A DNA stretch of 64,000 nt from Pseudomonadota bacterium (GCA_023451375.1 JAEXZS010000097.1:71525-135524); one strand, 5' to 3'; shown: positions 8,046 to 17,829, numbered from the stretch's first letter. Notes: a model not told the origin generated them from the sequence alone. Made by a program: numbers and translations.

Positions 8046-9455
8046 CTAGGCCTTCAGCCGCCAGGTCGCGCCGGCGGGGCCGTCCATGACGACGACGTTC
8101 AGGGCGTTCAGGCGGTCGCGGATGCGGTCGGCCTCCGGCCAGTCCTTGGCGGCGCGGGCGGCGGCGCGCTGCTCCAGCAGGGCCTCGACCTCGACCCGCA
8201 GCGCGTCGGACACGTCGCCTTCCAGCCAGGCGGCGGGATCGGCCTGGAGCACGCCCAGGACGCCTGCGCAGGCGATCAGGCGCCCGCGCGCCTGGGCCAC
8301 GGCGGCGGCGTCGCCCGCGGTCATGCCGCGCTCGATCTCGCTGGACAGGGCGAACAGGCTGGCCATGGCGCCCGGCGTGTTCAGGTCATCCTCGATCGAC
8401 TTCAGGAAGTCGGCGGGCGGGTCGAGGTCCAGCGCCTCGACCCCCGCAGAGCGGTGCAGGGCGCCGTAGAGGCGGTCCAGCGACTTCTTGGACTGCTCCA
8501 GCAGGGCCTGGTTCCAGTCCAGGGGCTGGCGGTAGTGGGCGCTCAGCAGGGCCCAGCGGACGACCTCGCCCGGCATGGCCTGCACCAGGTCATGCAGCAG
8601 CAGCACGTTGCCGATCGACTTGGACATCTTCTCGGCGTCCACGGTCAGGAAGCCGTTGTGCATCCAATAGCGGGCGTATTCGTCGTGCGCCCGCTCGCCG
8701 TGGGCGTGCCCGTGGGCGCAGACGCCCTGGGCGATCTCGTTCTCATGGTGCGGGAAGACCAGGTCGATGCCGCCGCCGTGGATGTCGATCGGCAGGCCCA
8801 GCGTCTGTTCGATCATGGCCGAGCATTCGATGTGCCAGCCGGGCCGCCCCTCGCCCCAAGGGCTGGCCCAGGCGGGCTCGCCTTGCTTGGACGGCTTCCA
8901 CAGGACGAAGTCGTGCGGGTTCTTCTTGTACGGGGCCACCTCCACCCGGGCGCCGGCGATCATGTCGTCCAGGTTCCGGCCCGACAGGGAGCCGTAGGAC
9001 GGATAGGACGAGACGTCGAACAGGACGTGCCCCTCGGCGGCATAGGCGCAGCCGGCCTCGACGATGGCCTGGATCTGCTTGACGATGGCGGGGATGTAGT
9101 CGGTGACGTGCGGCGCGAGATCGGGCGGCGAGACGTTCAGCAGGCCCATGTCGGCCAGATAGGCCGCCTCGTAGCGGGCCGTGACCTCGCCGATCGGCAC
9201 GCCTTCCTTCGCGGCCTTCTGGTTGATCTTGTCGTCCACGTCCGTGACGTTGCGGGCGTAGATGACCTTGTCCGCGCCGTAGGTCCGGCGCAGCAGGCGG
9301 ACCAGCACGTCGAACACCACCGGCGGTCGGGCGTTGCCGATATGGGCGTAGTCATAGACCGTCGGCCCGCAGACATAGAGGGTCACCCGGTTCGGATCGC
9401 GCGGTTCGAACAGGCGCTTTTCACGGCGCAGGGTGTCGTGGATGTGCAGCGGCAT
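8046..9455 (-). CDS. cysS: Cysteine--tRNA ligase
   Basis: YVCGPTVY, HIGN, GRPGWHIECSAM, KMSKS. Confidence 0.97.
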   Translation of the reverse strand: MPLHIHDTLRREKRLFEPRDPNRVTLYVCGPTVYDYAHIGNARPPVVFDVLVRLLRRTYGADKVIYARNVTDVDDKINQKAAKEGVPIGEVTARYEAAYLADMGLLNVSPPDLAPHVTDYIPAIVKQIQAIVEAGCAYAAEGHVLFDVSSYPSYGSLSGRNLDDMIAGARVEVAPYKKNPHDFVLWKPSKQGEPAWASPWGEGRPGWHIECSAMIEQTLGLPIDIHGGGIDLVFPHHENEIAQGVCAHGHAHGERAHDEYARYWMHNGFLTVDAEKMSKSIGNVLLLHDLVQAMPGEVVRWALLSAHYRQPLDWNQALLEQSKKSLDRLYGALHRSAGVEALDLDPPADFLKSIEDDLNTPGAMASLFALSSEIERGMTAGDAAAVAQARGRLIACAGVLGVLQADPAAWLEGDVSDALRVEVEALLEQRAAARAAKDWPEADRIRDRLNALNVVVMDGPAGATWRLKA

Positions 9456-9584
9456 GGGAGAGACTTCAGCGGGTTTTCTTGCGGGACGGAGGGTCCGTCC
9501 CATATAGCGGCCTGATATACAGTCCTGACGGATTGTAGAAGGTAAACCGGGCGGCCCCGCCCGACCGGCCGGAAATCAGGTTCA

Positions 9585-10202
9585 ATGAGCGTCACGCCCG
9601 CCAAGCCCGTGCTCGTCAGCGACGAGACAACCGTCAAGCGCCCCAGCCGCGAGCAGGCGCTGGAAGCGGTGCGCACCCTGATCGCCTGGGCCGGCGACGA
9701 CCCACGGCGCGCGGGCCTGATCGACACGCCCAAGCGGGTGGTCGACGCCTATGGCGAATGGTTCGAGGGCTATGACGCCGACGCGGGCCGGGAGCTGAGC
9801 CGCACCTTCGAGGACGTGCAGGGCTATGACGACATGGTCATCCTGCGCGAGATCGAGGTCGAGAGCCACTGCGAGCATCACCTGGCCCCCTTCCTGGGCA
9901 AGGCCTATGTCGCCTATCTGCCGGGCGAGAAGGTGGTCGGCATCTCCAAGCTGGCGCGGGTGGTCGAAATCTATGCGCGCCGCCTGCAGAACCAGGAGAC
10001 GCTGACCAACGACATCGTCGCCGCCATCGAATCGCACCTGCAGCCCAGGGGCGTGGCGGTGATGATCGACGCGGCGCACCAGTGCATGACCACCCGCGGC
10101 GTGCACCACCGGCACGTTTCGACCGTCACGACCCGCTTCACCGGAGCGTTCAGGGACGATCCTGCCCTGATGGACCGTTTCCTTAAGCTGGCGAAGGGCT
10201 GA
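9585..10202 (+). CDS. folE: GTP cyclohydrolase I
   Basis: SHCEHHLAPF, VGISKLAR, RRLQNQE, HQCMTTRG. Confidence 0.96.
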   Translation: MSVTPAKPVLVSDETTVKRPSREQALEAVRTLIAWAGDDPRRAGLIDTPKRVVDAYGEWFEGYDADAGRELSRTFEDVQGYDDMVILREIEVESHCEHHLAPFLGKAYVAYLPGEKVVGISKLARVVEIYARRLQNQETLTNDIVAAIESHLQPRGVAVMIDAAHQCMTTRGVHHRHVSTVTTRFTGAFRDDPALMDRFLKLAKG

Positions 10203-10351
10203 ACCGCGGCGTCCCGGCGGTTAATTGCCGCTTCGGAACCCGCGAACGTCCGGAACCGCTTTACAAGCGCCGATCGGGACGCCAAGAAACCATCAGGCCC
10301 ATCGGGCGACAGAACACGCCGGACGCGGTCCGGCCAGTAACGGAGACGCAC

Positions 10352-10789
10352 ATGGGCGCGAAGCTGAGTGGACCCGGCGGCAACGGCGGCAAGACCATCG
10401 AGCAGAACTCGGAAATCAACGTCACGCCCTTCGTGGACGTGATGCTGGTGCTGCTGATCATCTTCATGGTGGCCGCGCCGCTGGCGACCGTGTCGATCCG
10501 CCTGGACCTGCCGCCGCCGGTGCCGAACCCCAACGATCCGAACCCGAAGGAGCCGGTGTACGTCACCATCCAGGAATCGGGCTCGCTGTTCATCGCCGAC
10601 CAGCAGACCTCGATCGAGACCCTGCCGGCCGACGTCTGCACCGCCCTGGGCGGCGGCGCCTGCCGTGAGGAGCGGGTCTTTATCCGCGCCCAGCCGGAAG
10701 TGAAGTACTCGCAGTTCATGGAAGTCATGAACAACCTGCAGGAAAACGGCTTCTTCCAGGTCGGCCTGCTGAACGAAGACATCACCTGA
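10352..10789 (+). CDS. exbD: Biopolymer transporter ExbD/TolR
   Basis: EINVTPFVDVMLVLLIIFMVAAP. Confidence 0.9.
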   Translation: MGAKLSGPGGNGGKTIEQNSEINVTPFVDVMLVLLIIFMVAAPLATVSIRLDLPPPVPNPNDPNPKEPVYVTIQESGSLFIADQQTSIETLPADVCTALGGGACREERVFIRAQPEVKYSQFMEVMNNLQENGFFQVGLLNEDIT

Positions 10790-10814
10790 GGCCAAGGCTT
10801 CAGCGCGGGAAAAC

Positions 10815-10849
10815 AAGGCCGCGTCCTCCGGGACGCGGCCTTTTTCTTT
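10815..10849 (+). terminator. Rho-independent terminator after exbD
   Basis: AAGGCCGCGTCC-tccg-GGACGCGGCCTT followed by a T tract. Confidence 0.85.
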
Positions 10850-10915
10850 GGACGGAGGCTTGCCGGAAAGCCCAACGGCGGCCTTGATGCGGGCAGGCTG
10901 TTCGAGGAGTCCGCC

Positions 10916-12757
10916 ATGCGTCGCCGCACCTTCCTGTCCGCCCTGCCCGCCGGCGCCTTGGCCGCCACAGCCGCGCGCGCCCAATCGTCTGGAGCGGCGT
11001 CGGGCCGGACGCAGGAGCCGACGGCGGCCGCCCCGGCGCCCGCTCGGCCCGTCGATCCCTACGCCGGCGTCGGCGTCGGCGACCGGGTCACCGGGCCGAA
11101 GTTCATGAGCCGCTCCACGGTCTGGGGCATGCACGGCGCGGCGGCGACGGCGCATCCGGTCGCCAGCCTGGTGGGGATCGACACCCTGCGCCGCGGCGGC
11201 TCGGCCATCGATGCGGCCATCGCCGTAAACGCGGCCCTCGGCTTCCTGGAGCCCGTCGCCAACGGCATCGGCGGCGACGCCTTCTGCATGATGTGGGATC
11301 CGAAGCAGAGGAAGGTCGTCGGCTTCAACGGCTCGGGGAACAGCCCGCGAGCCCTGAGCCTGGAGACGGCCCGGTCGAAGGCGGTCGACGGCTATCTGCC
11401 CCGCTACGGCGCCGTGACGGTCAATGTGCCCGGCACGGTCGACGCCTGGTGGAGCGCGCACCAGCGCTACGGCAAGCTGCCGTGGAAGGACGTGCTGCTG
11501 CCGGTGGCGGAACTGTGCGAGCAGGGCGTGCCCGTGCCGCAGGTGATCGCCTACTATCTGGAACGCAACATGGCGGCCTTCAACCGGGGCCAGGTCCCGA
11601 TCGAGGAGAACGACAACAGGAAGCGCATCTGGGCCCCGAACGGCGAGACGCCGAAGGTCGGCGAGGTGTTCGCCAATCCCTTCCTGGGCCGGACCCTGCG
11701 GCTGATCGCCGAGGGGGGGCGCGACGCCTTCTACGACGGACCGATCGCCGACAGCATCGAAGCCTACTTCAAGCGCATCGGCGGCTGGCTGACCCGCGCG
11801 GACCTGGCCGCGCACCGCACCGAGTGGGTCGAGCCGATCCGCACCGACTACCGGGGCGTCGGGGTGTATGCGCTGGGCCCGAACACCCAGGGGCTGTCGA
11901 CCAATCAGATCCTGAACATCTGCGAACAGTTCGACCTGAAGGGCATGGGCTTCCAGTCCGCCGCCTCGCTGCACGTGCAGGCCGAGGCCAAGCGGCTGGC
12001 GTTCGAGGATCGCGCCCGCTACTTCGCCGATCCGCGCTTCGGCGACATCCCGATCGAGTGGCTGAACTCCAAGGCCTATGCCGCCGAGCGGGCGAAACTG
12101 ATCCGGCCGGACCGGATCATGGACCGGGTGATGCCCGGCGACGCGCCGCATCACGGCGACACGACCTATTTCAGCGTCGCCGACGCGGACGGCATGATGG
12201 TCAGCTGGATCCAGTCCAACTATCGCGGCATGGGCTCCGGCCTGGCGCCGGACAACGGGCATGAGCCGCTGGGCTTCATGTTCCAGGACCGGGGCGAGCT
12301 GTTCGCCCTGACCGACGGCCACCCGAACGTGTATGCGCCCGGCAAGCGGCCGTTCCAGACCATCATCCCCGGCTTCGCGACCCAGGGCGACCAGCCGTGG
12401 ATGGCGTTCGGCGTCATGGGCGGGGCGATGCAGCCGCAGGGCCAGGCGCAGATCATCATCAACATGGTCGACCACGGCCTGGACCCGCAGGCGGCCGGTG
12501 ACGCGCCGCGGTGGCAGCACTACGGCTCGTCCGAACCGACGGGCCAGCCGCAGGAGGGGACGGGCGTCCTGCACCTGGAGAGCGGGGTGCCGGAGGCGAC
12601 CAGGACGCAACTGCGCGCCATGGGCTGGACCCTGGGCGAGCCCGACGGCGGCTTCGGCGGCTACCAGAACGTGATGATGCAGCAGAACCCCGGCGGCCGC
12701 TGGACCTATGGCGCGGCGACCGAGATGCGCAAGGACGGCATAGCCGTCGCCTACTGA
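10916..12757 (+). CDS. ggt: Gamma-glutamyltransferase family Ntn hydrolase, Tat-exported
   Basis: RRRTFL Tat motif; GGSAIDAA, GIGGDAF, catalytic GDTTYFSVAD, PGKRPFQTIIP, GVMGG. Confidence 0.9.
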   Translation: MRRRTFLSALPAGALAATAARAQSSGAASGRTQEPTAAAPAPARPVDPYAGVGVGDRVTGPKFMSRSTVWGMHGAAATAHPVASLVGIDTLRRGGSAIDAAIAVNAALGFLEPVANGIGGDAFCMMWDPKQRKVVGFNGSGNSPRALSLETARSKAVDGYLPRYGAVTVNVPGTVDAWWSAHQRYGKLPWKDVLLPVAELCEQGVPVPQVIAYYLERNMAAFNRGQVPIEENDNRKRIWAPNGETPKVGEVFANPFLGRTLRLIAEGGRDAFYDGPIADSIEAYFKRIGGWLTRADLAAHRTEWVEPIRTDYRGVGVYALGPNTQGLSTNQILNICEQFDLKGMGFQSAASLHVQAEAKRLAFEDRARYFADPRFGDIPIEWLNSKAYAAERAKLIRPDRIMDRVMPGDAPHHGDTTYFSVADADGMMVSWIQSNYRGMGSGLAPDNGHEPLGFMFQDRGELFALTDGHPNVYAPGKRPFQTIIPGFATQGDQPWMAFGVMGGAMQPQGQAQIIINMVDHGLDPQAAGDAPRWQHYGSSEPTGQPQEGTGVLHLESGVPEATRTQLRAMGWTLGEPDGGFGGYQNVMMQQNPGGRWTYGAATEMRKDGIAVAY

Positions 12758-12777
12758 CGTTGCGGGACGAAGACGAA

Positions 12778-12808
12778 GGTATTACCTTGCGGGTAGCGAG
12801 GTAATACC
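12778..12808. promoter_or_regulatory. TA operator inverted repeat
   Basis: GGTATTACCTTGC-N5-GCGAGGTAATACC, abutting the antitoxin ATG. Confidence 0.7.
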
Positions 12809-13042
12809 ATGCGGATCACGTCCAAGGGCCAGGTGACCATCCCCGTCGAGATACGGGAGAAGGCCGGCCTGCTGCCGCACACCGACGTCGAGTTCCACTA
12901 CGACGGCGACGTCGTGACCGTGACGCGGAAAGCGGCCGACGAGACCAGTCGAGGGCGACAACTGATTTCCCACATGACGCGGTTTCGTCCGAAACTGACC
13001 ATGAGCACGGAACAGGTCATGACCCTGACCCGGGGGGAATGA
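12809..13042 (+). CDS. vapB: AbrB/MazE/SpoVT-type antitoxin (VapB)
   Basis: MRITSKGQVTIPVEIREKAGL. Confidence 0.88.
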   Translation: MRITSKGQVTIPVEIREKAGLLPHTDVEFHYDGDVVTVTRKAADETSRGRQLISHMTRFRPKLTMSTEQVMTLTRGE

Positions 13043-13437
13043 GCGTCCTGGTCGACAGCAACGTCCTGATCGACCTCGTCGATTCGGAAGCCGAATGGCA
13101 TGGCTGGTCCAGCGCTCAGGTCTCCCGACTGGCCGATGCGGCCGAGACGCTTGTCGTAAACCCAATCATCTATGCGGAGGTGTCCATTCCCTTCGAGCAC
13201 CCCGGCGACGTCGAAGCGCTTCTGTCGCCATGGACGCGCGAAGCCCTGCCGTTCTCGGCCGCCTTTCTGGCAGGCAAGGCGTTTCGGTCGTATCGTCGGG
13301 CGGGCGGAGCCAGGACCTCTCCCCTGCCTGACTTCTTCATCGGCGCGCACGCCCTGGTCGCGGGACATCGGCTGCTCACGCGCGACGCCGCCCGGTACCG
13401 GACCTACTTCCCCGAAGTCGAACTGATCGCGCCATGA
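13039..13437 (+). CDS. vapC: PIN domain toxin VapC
   Basis: VLVDSNVLID...YAE...LPDFFIGAHA...LLTRD; 4-nt overlap with the antitoxin. Confidence 0.9.
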   Translation: MSVLVDSNVLIDLVDSEAEWHGWSSAQVSRLADAAETLVVNPIIYAEVSIPFEHPGDVEALLSPWTREALPFSAAFLAGKAFRSYRRAGGARTSPLPDFFIGAHALVAGHRLLTRDAARYRTYFPEVELIAP

Positions 13438-13775
13438 CCGGCGACGAGGTCCGCGCCCTGCTGCTGTCGTTTCCCGGCGTGGAGGACGGCGTGTCCTATG
13501 GCGAGCCGTCGTACAAGGTGGCGGGTAAGTTCTTCACCTGGATGTGGCCGAAGCCGGGCGACAGCATCGTGGTTCACCTGGACAATCTGGATGAGCGCGA
13601 GCTGCTGATCGAGATGGATCCGGAGACCTTCCATTTCACCGACCACCATCGGGACTATCCGATCGTGCTGGCGCGGATCGCCACGGTCGACTCCGCGTGG
13701 CTGAAGGCGGCGCTGGACAGGCGGTGGCGCCGGGTGGCGCCCAAGCGGATGGTCAAGGCGTTCGACGGCGCTTGA
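13434..13775 (+). CDS. MmcQ/YjbR family DNA-binding protein
   Basis: LSFPGVEDGVSYGEPSYKVAGKFF...DPETFHFTDHHRDYP...WRRVAPKR. Confidence 0.8.
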   Translation: MTGDEVRALLLSFPGVEDGVSYGEPSYKVAGKFFTWMWPKPGDSIVVHLDNLDERELLIEMDPETFHFTDHHRDYPIVLARIATVDSAWLKAALDRRWRRVAPKRMVKAFDGA

Positions 13776-13834
13776 CCTGACGCGACGGAAGCGGCGCATG
13801 GTCCGTGCGGAATGGAAACGGACTGGGCGGGATC

Positions 13835-14719
13835 ATGGGCCTGAAGGTCGAGGACCGTATCGTCAAGGCGCTGGACGACTGGCCGCTGGAGGCGACGCTG
13901 TTCCGGCCGGATGCGCCGAGGATGGCGGTGCTGGTGTCGGCGGGAACGGGGTTTCCGCGCGGCTTCTACGCCCGGTTCGCGCGCTGGATGGCGGCGCGCG
14001 GGGCGGTGGTGCTGACCTACGACTATCGCGGCATCGCTGGCTCTCGGCCCGAGGACCTGGCGGCGATGGAGATGGACTATCCGGACTGGGGCCGGCTGGA
14101 CATGCCCGCGGCGCTGAAGGCGCTGAAGGCGGCGGCGCCGGGCCTGCCGATCTTCCATGTCGGTCATAGCGTGGGCGGGCATTTCGTCGGCTTCATGCCG
14201 AATCAGGACCTGATCGGGAAGCACGCCTTCATCTCGGTCGGCACGGGCTGGTGGGGCGGACACCACCGGACCTACAACCCCGTGGAGCTGTTCTTCTGGT
14301 TCGGCCTGGGACCCAGCCATATCCGGCGGCACGGTCATGTGAAGTCCGGCGGCTGGTGGCGGGGCGCGGACCTGCCGCGCGGCGTGTTCGAGACCTGGCG
14401 GCGCTGGTGCCTGAAGCCGGCCTACTTCCTGGACGAACTGGCGGACGGCCGGCTGGAGCCGCAGCATTTCGCCCAGGTCCGGGCGCCGATCCGGTCATGG
14501 ATATTCCCCGACGATCCGATCGCCACGCCCGGCACGGCCGCGCGATTGCTGGAGGCCTATCCGAATGCGATCGGCGACATCGTCGTCCGGACGCCCCGCG
14601 ACTTCGGCGTGAAGCGGATCGGGCACGAGGGCGCGTTCCGCCGAGGAATGGAGCCGTTGTGGGAAGAAATCCTCGATTGGTTCGACGACGGCCTTCCGGG
14701 CGCGCCGCCGGACGCCTAA
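13835..14719 (+). CDS. Predicted alpha/beta hydrolase (COG4757-like)
   Basis: LTYDYRGIAGS, DWGRLD, GHSVGG, DDPIA, IGHEGAF. Confidence 0.8.
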   Translation: MGLKVEDRIVKALDDWPLEATLFRPDAPRMAVLVSAGTGFPRGFYARFARWMAARGAVVLTYDYRGIAGSRPEDLAAMEMDYPDWGRLDMPAALKALKAAAPGLPIFHVGHSVGGHFVGFMPNQDLIGKHAFISVGTGWWGGHHRTYNPVELFFWFGLGPSHIRRHGHVKSGGWWRGADLPRGVFETWRRWCLKPAYFLDELADGRLEPQHFAQVRAPIRSWIFPDDPIATPGTAARLLEAYPNAIGDIVVRTPRDFGVKRIGHEGAFRRGMEPLWEEILDWFDDGLPGAPPDA

Positions 14720-14753
14720 CTGAGCCAGTCCCCAAGACGCGAAGGAGCGCCCC

Positions 14754-15596
14754 ATGGCCTATGGCGACCAGCCCACCCTGAAGGTGGACGACATCGAAAT
14801 CCCGCTGCTGGGCTTCGGCACCTGGCAGTTGGAGCCCGACGACGCGCGCCGCATGGTCGGCGAGGCCCTGCGCATCGGCTATCGCCACATCGACACGGCC
14901 TGGATCTACAAGAACGAGAAGGCCGTGGGCGAAGGCGTCCGCGATTCCGGGGTCCCGCGCGAGGACGTCTTCCTGACCACCAAGATCTGGGTCGACCACT
15001 TCCATCGCGACGACCTGCTGAAACAGGCCGAGGAATCGGCGGAGAGCCTGGGGACCACGCCGGACCTGCTGCTGCTGCACTGGCCCAGGCCGGAGCCGTC
15101 GTTCGCGGAGACGCTGGGCGCGCTGAACGAGGCGAAGGACCGGGGGCTGACGCGGTCGATCGGCCTGTCCAACTTCCCGTCCGAGGAATTCCGTCAGGCG
15201 CAGGCGCTGTCGCCGGCCCGGCTGGTCACGAACCAGGTGGAGCACCATCCCTACCTCGGCATCGACCTGCTGGTGCAGACGGCCGAGGAGCTGGGGTCGT
15301 CGATCACCGCCTGGTCGCCCCTGGCCCAGGGCAAGATCGCCGACGACGCCACGATCAGCGAGATCGCCAGGGCGCACGGCAAGACCAACGGTCAGGTGAC
15401 CCTGCGCTGGCTGATCCAGAACCGCGTCATCGCCATTCCGCGCACCGCCAAGGAAAGTCGGGCGCGGGAGAATTTCGACATCTTCGACTTCGAACTGTCC
15501 AGCGAGGAGATGCAGCGGATGGACGCGCTGGATCGCGGGGAGCGGCTGGGTCCCTGGCTGGACCCGGCGTTCGAATGGGACAAGACTGACGCCTGA
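14754..15596 (+). CDS. Aldo/keto reductase (2,5-DKG reductase-like)
   Basis: LGFGTW, GYRHIDTAWIYKNE, TTKIW, LLHWP, IGLSNF, WSPL. Confidence 0.92.
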   Translation: MAYGDQPTLKVDDIEIPLLGFGTWQLEPDDARRMVGEALRIGYRHIDTAWIYKNEKAVGEGVRDSGVPREDVFLTTKIWVDHFHRDDLLKQAEESAESLGTTPDLLLLHWPRPEPSFAETLGALNEAKDRGLTRSIGLSNFPSEEFRQAQALSPARLVTNQVEHHPYLGIDLLVQTAEELGSSITAWSPLAQGKIADDATISEIARAHGKTNGQVTLRWLIQNRVIAIPRTAKESRARENFDIFDFELSSEEMQRMDALDRGERLGPWLDPAFEWDKTDA

Positions 15597-15614
15597 TCGA
15601 TCGGGAGGCGCGAC

Positions 15615-16277
15615 ATGGTGCGGGAACGGGACCGTCCACGGCTGTGGCGCGCCGCCTTCGCGGTGATCGGCTGGAGCGCCCTGGCGCTTCAGTATGTGCT
15701 GATGATCGGGCCGGCGGACGGCTGGGCGGTGCTGGAACGGACCGTCAACTTCTTCAGCTTCTTCACCATCCTGAGCAACGTCCTGGTCGCCCTGGCCTTC
15801 ACCGGCCCGCTGCTGAACGGCGAGCGGCGACTGGCGCGGTGGAGCGCCGGCGAGGGGGTGCGCGCGGCGGTGGCGATGTACATCGTGGTGGTCGGGGTCG
15901 TGTACCACTTCATGATCGCGCCGTATTGGCGGCCGGAGGGTCTGAACTTCGGCGTCAACGTGGTGCTGCACTACGTCATGCCGGCCGCCTTCGTGCTGGA
16001 TTGGCTGTGGTTCACGCCGAAGGGGCGGCTGCGGTGGGTCGATCCGGTGAAGTGGCTGGCGTTTCCGCTGGCCTATGCGGCGTGGACGCTGGTCCATGGG
16101 CTGGCGACGCACTGGTGGCCCTACGGCTTCGTCGACGTCGACGCGCTGGGTCTGCCGCGCGTGCTGGCGACCTTCGCCGGGCTGCTGGTCTTCTTCCTGG
16201 GGGTGGGGCTGACCCTCGCGGGGCTGGATCGCGCCTTTGGACGCGCGGCGCGTGACAGCGGCCCGCGTCCCGCCTAA
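15615..16277 (+). CDS. Pr6Pr / FAR-17a-AIG1-like membrane protein
   Basis: [23 protein letters not shown]; 6 TM segments. Confidence 0.75.
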   Translation: MVRERDRPRLWRAAFAVIGWSALALQYVLMIGPADGWAVLERTVNFFSFFTILSNVLVALAFTGPLLNGERRLARWSAGEGVRAAVAMYIVVVGVVYHFMIAPYWRPEGLNFGVNVVLHYVMPAAFVLDWLWFTPKGRLRWVDPVKWLAFPLAYAAWTLVHGLATHWWPYGFVDVDALGLPRVLATFAGLLVFFLGVGLTLAGLDRAFGRAARDSGPRPA

Positions 16278-16287
16278 GCGTCGCGGC

Positions 16288-17817
16288 ATGGCCTACAAAT
16301 CCCTGCGTGACTTCATCGAGCAACTGGAAGCCCAGGGCGAGCTGGCAAGGGTCAGCGAGCCGGTCTCGACGGTCCTGGAGATGACCGAGATCCAGACCCG
16401 GCTGCTGCGGAACGGCGGGCCGGCGGTGCTGTTCGAGAAGCCTGTCATGCCCGACGGGACGATCAGCCCCATCCCCTGCCTGGCCAACCTGTTCGGCACG
16501 GTCAAGCGCGTCGCCATGGGCGTGACGCTGGAGGGCAAGAGCCGCGCCACGGCCGGGGAACTGCGCGAGGTCGGGGAACTGCTGGCCTTCCTGAGGAATC
16601 CGACGCCGCCGCGCGGCTTAAGCGACGCCATGGAGATGCTGCCGCTGGCGCAGACCGTCATGTCGATGCGGCCCAAGACGGTGAAGAAGGCGCCGGTGCA
16701 GGAGGTGGTGCTGAAGGGCGACCAGATCGACCTGACCGCCCTGCCGGTCCAGTCGTGCTGGCCGGGCGAACCGGCGCCCCTGATCACCTGGGGCCTGGTG
16801 GTGACCAAGGGACCGTCGGACGAGCGGGAGGACGACTTCAACCTGGGCATCTATCGGATGCAGGTGCTGGGCAAGGACAAGGCCATCATGCGCTGGCTGG
16901 CCCATCGCGGCGGGGCCCAGCACTACGCCCGGCACAAGAAGGCCGGCAAGCGCGAGCCCCTGCCCTGCGCCGTGGTGCTGGGCGCCGATCCGGGCACCAT
17001 CCTGGCGGCGGTGACCCCGGTGCCGGACACCCTGTCGGAATATCAGTTCGCCGGCCTGATGCGCGGCGGCAAGGCCGAGCTGGTCGCGTGCAAGACGGTC
17101 CCGCTGATGGTCCCGGCCCAGGCCGAGATCGTGCTGGAAGGCCACGTCCTGCTGGACGAGTTCGAGGACGAGGGTCCCTACGGCGACCACACCGGCTACT
17201 ACAACTCGGTCGAGAAATTCCCGGTCTTCCAGGTCAGCGCCATCACCATGCGCCGCGACCCCATCTATCTGACCACCTTCACCGGGCGGCCGCCGGACGA
17301 GCCCAGCGTGCTGGGCGAGGCGCTGAACGAGGTCTTCATCCCCCTGCTGCGTCAGCAGTTCCCCGAGATCGTCGACTTCTGGCTGCCGCCCGAGGGGTGC
17401 AGCTACCGGATCGCCGTGGTGTCGATGAAGAAGGCCTATCCCGGCCATGCCAAGCGGGTGATGCTGGGCGTCTGGAGCTATCTGCGGCAGTTCATGTACA
17501 CCAAGTGGGTGATCGTCGTGGACGACGACATCGACGCCCGCGACTGGAAGGACGTCATGTGGGCCATCTCGACCAAGATGGACCCGGCGCGCGACATCAC
17601 CGTGATCGAGTCGACGCCCATCGACTATCTGGACTTCGCCAGCCCTGAGAGCGGGCTGGGCTCGAAGATCGGCCTGGACGCGACGGACAAATGGCCGCCC
17701 GAGACGAAGCGCGAATGGGGCGAGGAGATTCGCATGGACGAGGCGGTGGTCGAGAAGGTCAGCGACATGTGGAGCCGGCTGGGACTGCCCGGTGACGGAG
17801 CGCCGATCTGGAAGTAG
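16288..17817 (+). CDS. ubiD: UbiD family decarboxylase (ubiquinone biosynthesis)
   Basis: [44 protein letters not shown]. Confidence 0.95.
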   Translation: MAYKSLRDFIEQLEAQGELARVSEPVSTVLEMTEIQTRLLRNGGPAVLFEKPVMPDGTISPIPCLANLFGTVKRVAMGVTLEGKSRATAGELREVGELLAFLRNPTPPRGLSDAMEMLPLAQTVMSMRPKTVKKAPVQEVVLKGDQIDLTALPVQSCWPGEPAPLITWGLVVTKGPSDEREDDFNLGIYRMQVLGKDKAIMRWLAHRGGAQHYARHKKAGKREPLPCAVVLGADPGTILAAVTPVPDTLSEYQFAGLMRGGKAELVACKTVPLMVPAQAEIVLEGHVLLDEFEDEGPYGDHTGYYNSVEKFPVFQVSAITMRRDPIYLTTFTGRPPDEPSVLGEALNEVFIPLLRQQFPEIVDFWLPPEGCSYRIAVVSMKKAYPGHAKRVMLGVWSYLRQFMYTKWVIVVDDDIDARDWKDVMWAISTKMDPARDITVIESTPIDYLDFASPESGLGSKIGLDATDKWPPETKREWGEEIRMDEAVVEKVSDMWSRLGLPGDGAPIWK

Positions 17818-17829
17818 GCGCGGGCGCAT

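Noticed and set aside
10208..10284. tRNA gene (76-nt cloverleaf ending ...CCA)
   Set aside because: No TTCRA T-loop, no D-loop GG and no 7-nt anticodon loop; the CC lies within the stem. Kept only as a structured-RNA candidate.
9971..12610. 879-aa antisense ORF over folE/exbD/ggt
   Set aside because: Antisense shadow of GC3-biased genes, with no recognisable domain
14229..16289. 686-aa antisense ORF
   Set aside because: Overlaps three well-supported + strand genes; shadow frame
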